Shown: positions 1 to 14,549 of the stretch, one piece after another
How the letters are laid out: each line of letters begins with the position of its first letter
Numbering within the stretch: position 1 is the first letter of the stretch
Assembly (NCBI RefSeq): GCF_009914755.1
Contig: NC_060927.1
Length of the DNA: 64,000 nt
Source: the human T2T-CHM13v2.0 reference genome, Homo sapiens
Strand: one strand, 5' to 3'
The notes under the pieces: generated by a model
Told to the model about the DNA's origin: nothing
The model's database searches: none
Seen by the model: the letters and a program-made list of their open reading frames with translations, nothing else
Program-made: the position numbers and the translations under genes

Positions 1-109
1 GAAATCTCAATGGCCTACATATTATCACCTTCAGGTATTTTGCCATGAAAAGGTACATCTGGCTACCTTATTCCAGAACACTTTAAGACATATATTTTTA
101 CCACGTTAA

Positions 110-240
110 GACATGTAAGAATCATGTGGGGGCCTTTGAAATACAGAGATTTCTAGCCTCTGCAGAGATTGTGATTTATTTAGTGTGGAAGGAAGGCTCT
201 AACAATACTCAGCCACACTCAGACACATTGCCTATAGAGA
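110..240. mobile_element. Possible MER5-like (hAT-Charlie) DNA transposon relic
   Basis: AGAATCA..GGG..TTGAAATACAGAGATTTCTAGCC..CAGAGATTGTGATT resembles the MER5A core; highly diverged. Confidence 0.3.
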
Positions 241-518
241 GGAGACCTAATGATTAGAATCTAAAATTATAGTGTCTCTTTATATTTGATAGTGATTTTT
301 TTTTCTTAATTATCTCTACATCAATTTCATGGTCTCATTAACTTCTGGATCAGTGATCTCCAAAGTAAAATGCAGGTATTTGAGGAGCAAAGATATTAGA
401 TTGAAATGTAGAAAAAGTATTAGAGCCCAATTTATTTTTAAAAATTCATCCTTTTTTAATTTTTAATTTTTTACCTTTTGACTATGTTTTATAATATAAA
501 AATATATAAGTAAAATAC

Positions 519-1610
519 TAAAACACCAAAAGCAATGGCAACAAAAGCCAAATTGACAAATGAGATCTAATTAAACTAAAGAGCTTCTGCCCCACAAAAG
601 AAACTATCATCAGAATGAACAGGCAACCTACATAATGGGAGAAAATTTTTGCAATCTATCCATCTGACAAAAGGCTAACATCCAGAATCTACAAGGAACT
701 TAAACAAATTTACAAGAAAAAAAACAACCCCATCAAAATGTGGGTAAAAAAAAACCCCATCAAAATGTGGGTAAAGGGTATGAACAGACGCTTGTCAAAA
801 GAAGACATTTATGCAGCCAAGAAACATGAAAAAAAGCTCATCATCACTGATCATTAGAGAAATGCAAATCAAAACCATGATGAGATACCATCTCATGCCA
901 GTTAGAATGGTGATCATTAAAAAGTCAGGAAACAACAGATACTGGAGAGGATGTGGAGAAATAGGGATGCTTTTACACTGTTGTGGGAGTGTAAATTAGT
1001 TTCACCATTGTGTACGACAGTGTGGTGATTCCTCAAGGATCTGGAACCAGAAATACTATTTGACTCAGCAATCCCATTACTGGGTACATACCCAAAGGAC
1101 TGTAAATCATTACTACTATAAAACACATGCATACGTATGTTTATTGTAGCACCATTCACAATAACAAAGACTTGGAACCAACCCAAATGCCCATCAATGA
1201 TTGACTGGAAAAAGGAAATGTGGCACATATACACCATGGAATACTATGCAGCCCTAGAAAAGGATGAGTTCATGTCCTTTGTAGGAACATGAATGAAACT
1301 GGAAACCATCATTCTAAGCAAACTAACACAGGAACATAAAACCAAGCACCATATTTTCTTACTCATAAGAGGGAGCTGAACAATGAGAGCACATGGACAC
1401 AGGGAGGGGAACACCACACACCTGTCCGGGCCTGTTGAGGGGTGAGGGGTTAGGGAAGCGATAGCATTAGGAGAAATACCTAATGTAGATGATGGGTTGA
1501 TGGGTCCAGCAAACCACCACTGCACTTGTATACCTATGTAACAAGCCTGTACGTTCTACATATTGTATCCCAGAAGTTAAAGTATAATTTTTAAAAACTG
1601 CAAAAAAATA
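519..1610 (+). mobile_element. 5'-truncated LINE-1 (L1PA7/8-like): end of ORF2 plus 3'UTR
   Basis: ORF 811-999 ([29 protein letters not shown]) is the ORF2 C-terminus; 3'UTR AATGTAGATGATGGGTTGATGGGT..AAACCACC; A-rich end. Confidence 0.95.
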
Positions 1611-1959
1611 AGCTATAACTTTTATAAATATGTATACATATTCCCATATGTATATAAAATACCCCAAAATTTCAAAAGTTTGAAAATTACTGTTTCTAGG
1701 TTACTGCCAATCTGGATTATGAATCCATAATAAACAAAATACAAATATGAGATCCTCAGTACAACAAAAGTGTTGTTTTTATCTTACACAATGTCTGCTA
1801 TAGATGTGAGCACCTCTCCAAGGCAACTGTCCTTCATACAGCAACTTGGGTGGGAGGGTCAAGCATTCAGTAACTGCTTCATTATAAACACATGGCCTCA
1901 GGGCAACAGGGGTCTGGGCAACAGGGAAAGAAAGAGGGGAGAGTTGTGCATAAGCTCTT

Positions 1960-2336
1960 TGATAGAGTTTGGTCGTGTGTCCCTGCCCAAATCGCATATT
2001 GAAAAATAATCCCCAATGTCAGAGGTGGGGCCTGGTGGGAAGTGATTAGATCATTGGGTGGATTTCTCCTTAATGGTTTAGTACCATCTCCCATGGGACC
2101 GTCCCCATGGTAGTCAGTTCTCCTGAGATCTGGTTGTTTAAAAGTGTGAAACTCCTTCCCCTCACTCTCTTGCTCTTGCTCTGGCCATGTGATAAGCCTG
2201 CTCCCACTTTGCTTTGCCTTCTACCATGATTGTAAGTTCCTGAGGCCTCCTCAGAAGCTGAGCAGTTGCCAGCACCATGCTTCCTCTATAGCCTGTGGAA
2301 CCATGAGCCAATTAAACCTCTTTTTTTGTTGTTGTT

Positions 2337-2375
<39 letters not shown>

Positions 2376-2759
2376 AGACGGAGTCCCGCTCTGTTGCCCA
2401 GGCTGGAGTGCAGTGGTACAGCGGTGTGACCTTGGCTCACTGCAAGCTCCGCCTCCCAGGTTCACCCCATTCTCCTGCCTCAGCCTCCTGAGTAGCTGGG
2501 ACTACAGGCGCCCGCCACCACGTCTGGCTAATTGTTTTTGTTTTTTGTTTTTTGGGTTTTTTTTTTTTTTTTTGGTATTTTTAGTAGAGACGGAGTTTCA
2601 TCGTGTTAGCCAGGATGGTCTCGATCTCCTGACCTCGTGATCCGCCCGCCTCGGCCTCCCAAAATGCTGGGATTATAGGCATTTCAACCTATTTTCTTTA
2701 TAAATTACCCAATCTCAAGTCCCGTGTCTTTTATAGCAATGTGAGAATGGACTAATACT
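1960..2759 (+). mobile_element. MaLR solo LTR (MSTA/MSTB-like) interrupted by an Alu
   Basis: Starts TGATAGAGTTTGG..CCCAAATC and ends GAATGGACTAATACT; 5-bp TSD CTCTT at 1955-1959 and 2760-2764. Confidence 0.9.
2321..2681 (-). mobile_element. AluY inserted in the MST LTR
   Basis: Long poly-T; AluY-type GCAAGCTCCGCC and GTGTTAGCCAGGATGG; lacks about 20 nt of its 5' end; expanded middle T-rich linker. Confidence 0.95.
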
Positions 2760-3334
2760 CTCTTAAAGTCACATTTTGTTGGCAAAGCAAAGTCCAAGGC
2801 CATGACTTATTGTAGGGCAGTGGGGAATTGCAATACTCACATGTACAAGAAATATTGGTAAGCAAATCTAATGTCTACTACATAATTTAAACAAATTTTA
2901 ATATTTAATACAATTTATCCAGTTCTAAATATTACATTGTAGTTGTTCAAACACAGTAACATACCTGCATATCAGTGTTGATCATAGAACGACATATATG
3001 TTTATATTATTACAAAAAATATTTTAGTTAATATACCGCGTTTCACAATAGAGCCTATAAGTTAAACTTCTGCTAGCATATATTTCTTCTTATTTGAAAA
3101 TCATCTTTTGATATAACATATCATATTATCTAATGCAAAGGAGTAAAGAATATTACTTTATCTGGATAACTATCACACATAATGTAAAAGCAGTTGAAAA
3201 CTAATCATTTTCAGCATCATTATCACATTAGGTATTTAAGTTGGAGGGGAGGAAATATGATTAGAGAAAAACCTGAAATTTTGGCATTCCTGTTCCACAG
3301 AAGCAAGTGAGGTATTTAAATTATTTATTTCCTT

Positions 3335-3630
<296 letters not shown>

Positions 3631-5894
3631 AAATTAGTTTTAAGAACAAGCAATTCACTGGTTTCTATGCCAAATTTCATCCACTTGAAGGGACTTGGCT
3701 TTTCACAGCCAAGTTTTAAGCATGACAAAATTATAACTGGAAACATATTGTGTCCTCTGATCTTTGAGGTGGCAACTTTTCCTACAAAACTGGGTGGGAG
3801 ATTGATCTCTTTCTTTGATTTTCTATTTTTCTTTTTGCTGAAGAATTTAAATTTACTGTATTTTAACCAATAGTTTAAAAAAAATTGCACAGCCTCAGTT
3901 AAAAGAGCATTGCTTCATAACTACATAATAGCTTCATCAACAAATAAGAGTCTGTTTCCTGCAATGAAGCCACAAATATGTTGAAAGGCCCCAGCTTTCT
4001 GCAGGATGTACAAAGATGTCCTTTTGAGTCACTTTTGGACTATTTTCCTTCTTTGTGGTGGCAGTGGTTGTCTGGATGCATGGGTGTACATTTAAAACAC
4101 ATCTTACAGATTTTTAATAATGCATTCTTTGGGAGGAAACAAGACCAATTTTTTCCTATGCTGTGAGCACTTAAAGCACTTCTCTGATGACTTATTGGTT
4201 TTCTTTAGCAATTGAAGATTGAGTGAACAGGGAAATAAAGAGGATTTTTGAAGGAAAGTAGAAAAAAGTACCTAAAACTTTTTATTATTATCAGGCTCAT
4301 TTTATATTCATTTCTTGTCAGTGCCACAAAGTCTTTCATAGCCAAGTTAAAATCTCAACTGGAATTTATCATAGTGAATTAAAATATGTCAAACTCATTT
4401 ATTTTGAAAGCTTTTCATCTGGTGATATTAGGTCCATAATGTTTATTTGTTATTTCACTCTCAATTTCCATTTGATATATTCAGTGATGGTGTGTTTCCA
4501 GCTCTAATTTATTATCATCTCAAAAGAAAAAAGAATTCTTTCAGGTCAGACTTTCTAGGGGGCAAGTATCTTGAGTATTTTCACGACCTACTTATACTGA
4601 TTATATGATTAGATGATGACTTTGGCAAATTTTCCCTGGAGAGTTTCCTTCTGATCTGTGTCTTTCACAGCAATTTGGGTCTGTGTTAGAGCAAACACAT
4701 CTGATCCATTTCTATTGTTCTTTGTTTCAGGAGTAGGTTTCACCTTCTTCAATGATATCATATAGAGGATAGTATCAATATGTTATGAGCAGTTTTCTAT
4801 GTTTACCTTGCTGTATGTCTAAAATGGATATTTAAACAAATCAATGTATTCATTTCAATGTTTTTAAGCTTATCATAAAATCCAATCCCTTTTATCATCT
4901 AGTAAATATAAATTTTATCTGTTTGTCTCTAAGCTAGATTATAATTTAAGCATAATAAACACATAAATAGGTAAAATAAAATAAACAGGTAAAATCAAAG
5001 GTTTGGTTGAAATTATTTTTCATATCTCCAAACTCTTACATTTCATATTGTGTTATTTTAAAATCATTAATGATGATTGCTTTACCAATTTTAAGGAACT
5101 TTTTTTATTATAGATCCTTGTTTTTAGAAAATATATTCCTCAATAATCTAAATTACTCAAGTTTAAATACATCATTATTTTGTACTTTAATGTACAAAAT
5201 AAGTACATTTATTTATTACTTAGTATTTTAAAAAATACTAAGTAATAAATAAATTTTAGAATTCTTAAACCATATACTAAAAAATAATAATTTCTCAATT
5301 TTTCCAATGTTTAGACTCTTAGCAAAATGCTCTTTTTGTGCCATTTTCAGTTTTTCTAATTTTTTTTCTTAATTTGTGATCTTCTGTCCTGTGTGATCAC
5401 TAGGGTAAAAAAGACAAGTTCACAGTTCTCAGCACCTATACTCCAATACTCCAATTTATGCATGGCAGCCTCTTCTACAGAACCTTTAGCTCACTGGTTT
5501 TTAAGCATCACCTTTACCTCACACCTCATATCCTGGAAAAATCTAGCAAATTGAACAGGCAATATCTTGCCCACCCCCTTGGAGAGTTTTTATAACTTAA
5601 TAGAGAAAATATATAATAAAATTGATCCTTGAGCTTATATATCAAGAATAAACTCTCACAAAAATCTCTCATTCAACAAATAAATTTGCGGATTCAGAAA
5701 TAACAGAAGAAGGGATTTCAGGTTCAGGAAGGAATTTGATTTTGGAAAGTCTCTGAATGAAAGCTTACTGTTTCCATAGACCTTACTTTGCAAGATACTT
5801 CATGAGGAGGGACATTGATTACACTGCAGCACATACAATGGCCACCAGAATTTATCCCTCTTCACTGCACACTCAGTTCAGCCCAAACTCAGGG

Positions 5895-6110
5895 AACATT
5901 TACTGTGAGTCAAGTACTGTCTACACATTACCTCAGGTAATGCTCATATCAGCCCTGTAAAATCCATGTCGTAATTATCATAAGTTCACATGTGAGGAAA
6001 TAAATATTTACAGGCATGACGCTATCCAAGGTCACACAACCAGTATGTGACAGAATTGGAAATCAAACCCCAGACTCATTTGACTGCAAAGTCAATGTTT
6101 CTACCCTGTA
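5895..6110 (-). mobile_element. MIR SINE
   Basis: GAGGAAA..TCCAAGGTCACACAACCAGTATGTGACAGAATTGGAAATCAAACCCCAG matches the MIR core antisense. Confidence 0.75.
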
Positions 6111-6309
6111 GGCTCTACTGTCTTTGCTTTATGACTGCTTTATGTGCTACATCACATTTATCCCTCTCATCCTGGTCTTCCCCATTCAGATCAAGGGATA
6201 TTCCTGGGACTTTATTATTTAGCATCTCTACTTGTTCAATTTCCCCATGTTTTACAAAAATGAACTAAAATAATTGTTTTAAATTCCCCCAAGTTTATTG
6301 TTTCTTCTT

Positions 6310-6612
6310 AATTTATGTTATTATTATTTTCTGAGATGTAGTCTCACTCATCAGCCAAGCTGGAGTATAGTAGCACTATATTGGCCCACTGCAACCTCCG
6401 CCTCCTGGGTTCAAGCGATTCTTCTGCCTCAGCTTCCCAAGTAGCTGGGATTACAGAGAAGCCCTACCTTGCCCGGCTAATGTTTGTATTTTTGTTGAGA
6501 CGGGGTTTTACCATGTTGGCCAGGCTGGTCTCAAACTCCTGACCTCAAGTGATCTGCTTGCCTCTGCCTCACAAAGTGCTGAGATTACAGCCTTGAGCCA
6601 CTATACCCAGTC
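6310..6612 (-). mobile_element. Alu (AluS/J, diverged)
   Basis: GAGATGTAGTCTCACTC...CCTGACCTCAAGTGATCTG...GAGCCACTATACCCAG. Confidence 0.92.
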
Positions 6613-9600
6613 AAATTCGAAATTTAAATTAACACAAATTCAAATGTTAAATATCAACTGTTGAGATAAAGCAACTAAAATGTAATTGTGTTAAATTTTA
6701 GCTTTTTCAATAAAACAACAACAACAAAAGTGACACAAAGTAATTATTGATTGCAGAGTACACTATCTCCTACTCTCAGGAGACCTATTTCAACTAGGAA
6801 GTGTAGTTCTTGCTCAGATTAAACTCTTCTCCGTTTTCACTTATGAATATATGTGATTTGAAGCCAATATTGTCACAGACAGGATGTCTAATATTTGCAG
6901 GATTGTGTCTTGATATTATATACTAGACTCAAAGCATCTGTAAAGCAATATGAAGTTTTAGATACTACATGAGTCTTTCAACCTGCCTGCCTTGATTACC
7001 CAGGGTCATTGCAAAGCTGTCCTCTCAGTTCCTATGGGGCCACTATTATAAATTAAAAATTAGAATAATTATTTCACAACAGAGGAGATGGAGAGTATAC
7101 CTCTAAAGAGCAATATTGTTCTTTTTAAAAATTTATATGGCTTTAAAGATATTTTAGTTTCACTTGATGAATTTCCCTAATTGATCAGTAACCAAAAGAT
7201 CAAAAGTAGGTCCAAATAATTTTATGATGCTGAACAGTAAGCAAAATTGCAAAATATTTCTTCTTGGCGGCCAACTTTTTCTTTGTTTTAGGACTGTGAT
7301 GCAGCTCCCAGTTAAAGCATCCTGGTTTATTTTTTTGAAAGCTACTTATTTGCTTCCTGACTACGGTCATGTGCTTTCAATTTCTTTTGCATTTTACCAC
7401 TTACTTTCTACAGCATTCTTTTATGGATGAATGAGTGCCTGGCAAAATAGAAACTGAACCACACTATGTAATTAAGTTCTTTGCACAATGGAAGTTAGTC
7501 ATCGACACAATTAAACCACTGGCTTCAGGATCCAGCGCTGAGGGAATGAACAGCACAACCAAAGAGTATTCATTTCAATAAGACTTTCCTAAATCGTTGA
7601 ATTGAAGAGTTCTGCCTGTTTTTTTGATGTCACAACAAGAATCCAAAGCAAACTCTCTTTCATAAACTGAAAAGAATTCATGTCATATAGTATTTTGTTT
7701 TTTCTATGTATTTTTTAAAGATTTTTTTTACTGTTTCTGAACTGTTAATAGAGATTTCAGAATATTGGTGGGAAGATATAATTTAGGGATTATTTTCTTG
7801 TTAAAGCCTAGAAAAACTGTTCTAAAACATAAAATGTAGTTTTTGAAAACAGAATATTTAAATGTTTTTCTATTTTAATATAAAGTATGATCCAATAATA
7901 AATACAATAAATACAAAATCATTACATAGATTTTAATATGTTTTAGTTTTTTAAAATATAAGTAACTTTTAGAGTTAGTTAAGAATGCTCTAGGACTGTT
8001 TTAACTTATTATGTAAAACTCAATTTCAAGTGATGACCAGATATGTATCTAGATTAAAAGATGTAATAAAACAGCTATTAAGTTGCTGGAAAAGTATTTT
8101 TTAAAGAAATTTTTTAAATTGTAAGTATGCTTTTAAAAAAAAAAATTTTGGAGTGAGATATGAAGATAAAAATCTTGAAGAGGAAACTATCAAAGGTCAA
8201 TTGAGTTAATAAAAAGTTTCAAATTGCTCTTTGCCTTTTGATCATATTATTGATCAAAAACACATTCATAGAGTCTAGCTGAAGCACCTATGAAATCAGA
8301 TAAAAGCGCAAAATATAGAAAATAATCCCACAACGGCACAAAATTGTGATAACATTCAGTATTTCTGTGACTGCAATTGCTATTGATATGTTGAAGAAAT
8401 ACATTTATGTAAAGAATGAGTGTTATATGATCTTATTGTTTGTAAGTTAACGGGAACATTTCTTCTTTGATATTTTGCTGTAAAGTTTTCATTACAATAA
8501 CTGGCATGTTTAGACTTGACCACACTCAAATGTGTAAAACTATAAATATCCAGAGAACTCCAAAGACATTGGAGTTGCAATTAGCGTTTCTGTTGCAACT
8601 AATTTTTGTGATACTAGTTTTTGACTAGGCATTTATTTTTCCTTTGATGGAAGGTTATAAATAGTTTCTAGTTGATAGTAATTAAATATGGTCACTTGAG
8701 TTAGTCCTACAACTAGCACACTATTTTATGAACTTGCATTTAAGGACAACCACTAAATTCCTGGCAGAAGAGTGGAAGAAATAAAACAAACATGTCCAAA
8801 TACAGTCTGACTTTGGAAAACTTGTTTTTTTCAAATTGCCTATGATCATTCCCCATCCACCTCCCTCTGATTGTGCCATCCTTAGCTTTTTCCATGGGAC
8901 ATTTAAAAAAAAGTTTCTTCCCCCTTAAATGTTACCATTCCCTCATAGAGCTTTTTCTCAGTATTTTGCTATAGCTATTTTCTCCAATGGATTTATCTAA
9001 TAATGCACTGGTGAATACCTGTTGGTTAATACACTGGCTCTTTAGCAAAAGCAGGGAAGGCATTGAGACTTATACCAGAGAGAAAGGTTTCTTACACACA
9101 TATGAACTTTCAGGTCCTCAGTGTTGTTGGATAATATTTTGAGACAAATTTTTCCTTTCACACATATGATGAAGGCAGCCACTTGCTTGACCTATATCAG
9201 GAAAAGGCAACATCTGGCCTCAGCGTTAATATTATCATCGTCTATCTTGGTTTACACAAGGTTGTAGTATTCTGAGTCACTGAAGGACAGTGTGGAATGT
9301 ACCGTTAACTATCGCATAATCAAGTTAGAGAGTAACATAAGTGGGCTGTCAGAAAGAGCTAGGATTAAAAAATAAAATCTGCATTGTATAAAAATACTGG
9401 CTGCGTGGAGCTTATTGGTTTTGTAGCTCAAAGAATTTTCAAAAGATTAACTAGTTGGGAAACGGGTTGGAATGCTGGCAAGGGATGGTCATGGAAATGA
9501 AGCAGCTTGCCATGTGGGCTGGGGTTTGGTGAAGAACCCGAAATCAGGAGTAGATGGTGGGAAGAACACCAAGGGTGTGCCAGCCTGGGCTTCTACTGAC

Positions 9601-9902
9601 TGCCCTCCCAGGTCTTCTGTGGTCTCCAGTGGAAACACTGTCAAAGTATGTACGTGGGTTCTCACAGGAATTATTTTATGTGAAATGATTTTCAGTTCAA
9701 TATTCATTCCTTTATGCATCTGCCCAAAAAGTTATTATTAAGTGATTATCACCTATCACCTAAGATGTGAATCTTGATGTTTACAAAGATGTAAAGGGAG
9801 AAATAAGTACCCAAACAGTACAAAGGGTTTGGTGAGAATATAGAAGGTATGTGTAATATAAACTAAGAAGCTCAGTGAGTTTACTGAAAGAGGAGACTCA
9901 AA

Positions 9903-9905
<3 letters not shown>

Positions 9906-9933
<28 letters not shown>
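9906..9933 (+). repeat. Poly(A)28 tract
   Basis: Uninterrupted A run read directly from the sequence. Confidence 0.95.
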
Positions 9934-9949
9934 GATTAAGATGAAAAAA

Positions 9950-10270
9950 TATTAGAAGTTTCCAGGTAGAGCACGAGCAAGGTCCGGAGGTGATGATTGA
10001 GCTCTTCAATACTTTAGAATCATACACAGAGTGAGAAAGAGGGCAAATGATCATCTGACTTTAAAGGACATCTAATGTCTTGAACATAAGTTTGGACTTT
10101 ATCCTCTAGGTAACAAGGAACCATTGAAGGATTTCAAGCAGAGAGGTGACACCTTTAGATATGCCTTTTAAGAAGATTGTTCTGGGCACAGTGAAGAAAA
10201 TTATTTGGAAAAGATCAAGATTAGAGGTGGGAAAACCAGCTCAGCAGTTGTGGCAGTTAGAAGGATAAAT
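9950..10270 (-). mobile_element. L2 LINE fragment
   Basis: TTTGGACTTTATCCT..GGAACCATTGAAGGATTTCAAGCAGAGAGGTGAC is typical of L2 antisense. Confidence 0.75.
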
Positions 10271-11104
10271 GGCAAAAATTTATTGTTTATGTAAATGGTG
10301 ACCATGAAGATTTTATACTTAATGTCATGAATTCTCATGTTTATTTAAATATCATTCAATTATTTAGCCTTTCCTGCTCCCTTTTAAACTTAATAATGTG
10401 TGATATCTCTTTTATTGTTTTAAATTAACCAAATTTCTGGACAAGGAATATAATGGACTCTGTCAGAAATTAATAAACTTTTATCAAGAAAATATTATTT
10501 TCACCAAACAAGATATTTTCACCAAACAAGTAAACAAGAAATTCAGAAATGAGGCATCAGGTTCTAAATACCTTTCTATAACTAATTTTCATTATGAGAT
10601 TTTATAAGATGTTTTTTCTTTAAAACCAGTACCCAGGAAGGGTTCAAGCTAGTGCAGGTTGCTACTTCATTTTAAGGGTAGTTTGACCGTTTATACAAAA
10701 ATATATTAATAAAACACTCAACTCTTCCCATTTCTACAATCTATCTCTGCTGAACAGACTTTTATCAAATTAATGGAAGCTTTATTTACAGAAATAAAAT
10801 TATTTTAATAAATATAAGAGGGCATTGATATGGACATTTATAGAACATTAATTGGAACAAAAATCTGGCATATTGTTAATAAGAAATCAAGATGTGATAG
10901 TCCTAGATGGTAACCGAAGTTCTGCTTCTGTTAGTTTACCTTATGTGAAAGTCAATAATTCTAAATTTTACATGTGAACCATATTTATTGATAGGAGAGC
11001 CTGGACATAAAGCCAGAATATGTGGGTCTAAATTTTAGTTTATTCTGCTGATTGTATATAAAACTTGTCCATATTTTTGAGAATTTAGATGAGATAAACT
11101 AGAT

Positions 11105-11360
11105 CAAGCTTACCTAACCCACAATCTATGGGCTGCATATGACACAGGATGCCTTTGAATTTGATTTGATTCGAATTGGATTTAAAAGACAAATTTGTAA
11201 TCTTTCTTGAAACATTTTGAGTTTTTTTTTTTTTTGCGTTTTTGTTTGGTTTTGTTTCAGTTCATCAGCTATCGTTGGTATTAGTGTATTTCATGTGTGA
11301 ACACAGACAATTCTTTACTTCCAATGTGGCCCAGGGCAGCCAAAAGATTGGACATCCCTG
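11105..11360 (-). mobile_element. MER30 hAT-Charlie non-autonomous DNA transposon
   Basis: Ends CAAGCTT.. and ..CCAAAAGATTGGACATCCCTG; 8-bp TSD AACTAGAT (11097-11104) / AACTAGCT (11361-11368). Confidence 0.9.
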
Positions 11361-11785
11361 AACTAGCTAATACCTAAAGGTTTTTTAAGTTCTAGATTAC
11401 TGTGAGTCTTTAGTTCTAATCATGTATAAATTTATAAACATATATACAATTTAGTAAAATGCAACAATGAAATATTTACAATCATTGATACCTGTTTTTA
11501 TCACTTAATATTCCATCTCAATTTTCTTGAAATTATCTTTGCTCTATTACAAAGTCAATTTTTTCTCATCCATTCTTAATCATCTAAGACCATTTCTATT
11601 TGGTTGTGCATAAATATATGTATATCAACAATTCCAAATGTTGAAATTGAACTTATTCTATAATGTAGTAAAGTAACACTAGTCTTTGGATTTGGGGGTT
11701 GGTTCATTTAGATAAAAATAAAATAGTTGTAACAAAATAGATACATTAAAAACCCACACCATCAAGACTGAACTTCAGAAAATTC

Positions 11786-12124
<339 letters not shown>

Positions 12125-13156
12125 TAAACTTCCATGAAATTCTGAAGATCTTCAAACCCCTTCATATATGTTACATAACACAATTATTAAAGATATTTAA
12201 ATTTGACAGATACTCATTGTATGTTTTTTATTAAAATCACAGTTTTTAAATGAAGTTTCAATTGCACATTAGAGGTCTATTACCCAGGAAAATATCACAT
12301 CATATTAATAGAAATATTTTAAGATTTCTATTAAAAGAAATCTTTTAAGATTGAGAATAAGAAAACTTATTCTCAAATCAATGAAATAGCGGTGAATCTG
12401 CCTTAACTAGCTATGACCTAAGTATTCTCTTTAGATGTTACATTTTAATATTTTTTTAATTGCAGAGGTTTAAAATAATGCTTTGACAAATTTTTTTCTC
12501 AAGACAACATAAACTTTGATGACTTGTTTCCACAGGCTTAGGAAATATAAGAACTTTATATGACAATTTTATCTAGACATATGCTGCTTATAAAATGTCA
12601 TTTGCAAGCTACATGCTGGGATATATTCTGTCTAGTACATAGGATGCTTCCACCGGTTGAGCAATGTGCGTGTTTCAGTAAGAGTATAATAAAACATTTG
12701 AGAGTTTGTGACAGCTAAAATCATGACCAAGATAAATTAATCATTTTCTGTGATCCTTAAAGCCAAAGTTTCATGTGCATTTCAAAAATATACGTGTGTT
12801 TTGGAAAAGGTCATGTTTCATTAAACAAGATATGAATATTTTGATAATGTTCACTATTTTTAAAAACTACAACCGTATTCCCTATGATTCCCTCACTTTA
12901 GCAAAAGTAACTGTGTCCACTATCTCTTCAACCAAACATTACTATTGTCATTATTTGAATTGAATAAGAATGTATCAAGTACAAAGAAAATATAATCAAT
13001 GGGGGTATTATGAAATACAGATGTCAAAATTCATATGTTTACTCTTGAAAATTAAATTTTAGGTATATAGATGGAAATGTTTCAGTGTTAAATCAGTTTC
13101 TAAAGCATCATAGATTTGTCAGAAGGCCTCAGTTGGACATAGGTGGGGTGCATGCG

Positions 13157-13186
13157 TGTGTGTGTGTGTGTGTGTGCATGTGTGTA
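13157..13186. repeat. (TG)n microsatellite
   Basis: Read directly. Confidence 0.9.
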
Positions 13187-14293
13187 TGTTTCAGTGATAA
13201 GTTTGTGTGTGATTTCTGATTATAGAGTTTGAAATTTTTTCATTAAAACTTTTTGAACCAATACTAAAAATCGGAAATTTTCATATAACAATCTAGATGT
13301 TATTCTCTTTTTGAAAACCAGAAATAATGCGGAGGTGCATAGAGGCTTTAGTTTGACACTCATTTACATTCATTTGAGACCTATAAGCATTTGAGTTTTA
13401 AACATAGTTTTAGACCAACTCAATGAGTTCGTGGCTTCTTCTTACGTTAGGCCCCAGAGATAGTGTAGAGGGGGAGTTCAACTGTACAAAATAGTGGAAT
13501 TTATATAGTAGCGGAAGCAAAGAGAGTAGATTTTAATATTAGTTATGCTTATACAGATTACAGGCATTTCTTGCTAAATGTCAGAAAACAGTTTCTGAAA
13601 ATTAGACAACCTTCATGAATGCACTAACCTGGAGCTTATTTTATCCTATTGTAAGTATAAGAAATCATAACATGCCTTGTGCACTCAATATGTCTCATTT
13701 ATTTTATGAATCATTATGCAAGGTTTGTCACATCTGTTTTAACTGTTAATTTTTTTTTTATTTCAGTAACTTGTTTCTAATAGATAACATTGCTTTGTGG
13801 TTAAATTTGTCAAAAGTGCCATTATTGTACATCCAAAGTAGCTCTTCATTATAACAGACTATGATGATTATAAAGAGTAATGCAATAATGAAAGGAAGAC
13901 TTTGGAAACATCATACACAACATTAGCTATAATCTTCTATTTGAAAATCTAGAATTATTATAAAAAGGAAAATTTGACAATAAATTTTCTTAGAAAACAT
14001 TTGAGAGAAAGCATCTATAAGTAGCCATTCAGGAACACGGAAATTTTATTTTGGAGGGCAACACACTTTAAATTTCTTTGCTAGAAGATTTTCCAATTTT
14101 TATATTTGCTTTTGTAAGCTGTAGTAAGTGGAAATTCTTTCTTTCTTTTTCTTTTTTTTTTTTTTACCATGGCAACAAAGGGCAAGTTCTATTCTAACCT
14201 TAGGCAATAAATTAGGATTGGAATTGTTCATATACTTTGCTAATGAAAACACTGAAAAATGTATTAACAAATATCTCTGAACCTTAAAAGTAA

Positions 14294-14486
14294 TCCTTCC
14301 TTCCTTCCTCTCCCTTTTTCTTTTTTCTTTCTCTTTCTTTCTTTCTTCTTTCTCTCTCTTTCCTTTCTTTCTTTCTTTCTTTTTCTTTCTTTCTTTCTTT
14401 CTTTTTCTTTCTTTCTTTCTCTCTCTCTTTCTTTCTTTCTTCTTTCCTGCTTTCTTTCTTCTTTTTCTTTTGTTTATTCTTTCTTT
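14294..14486. repeat. Polypyrimidine (CTTT/CT)n low-complexity tract
   Basis: About 190 nt almost purely C/T. Confidence 0.95.
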
Positions 14487-14508
14487 AGAGGGAGAGTAAA
14501 AGAGACTC

Positions 14509-14513
<5 letters not shown>

Positions 14514-14548
<35 letters not shown>
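14514..14548. repeat. (TG)n microsatellite
   Basis: Read directly. Confidence 0.95.

Positions 14549-14549
<1 letters not shown>

Noticed and set aside
2189-2640. Alu-derived ORFs here and at the other Alus
   Set aside because: Standard Alu translations (e.g. [12 protein letters not shown]); not genes
10496-10530. 17-bp tandem duplication TATTTTCACCAAACAAG (similar one at about 50389-50422)
   Set aside because: Ordinary slippage duplication with no further structure
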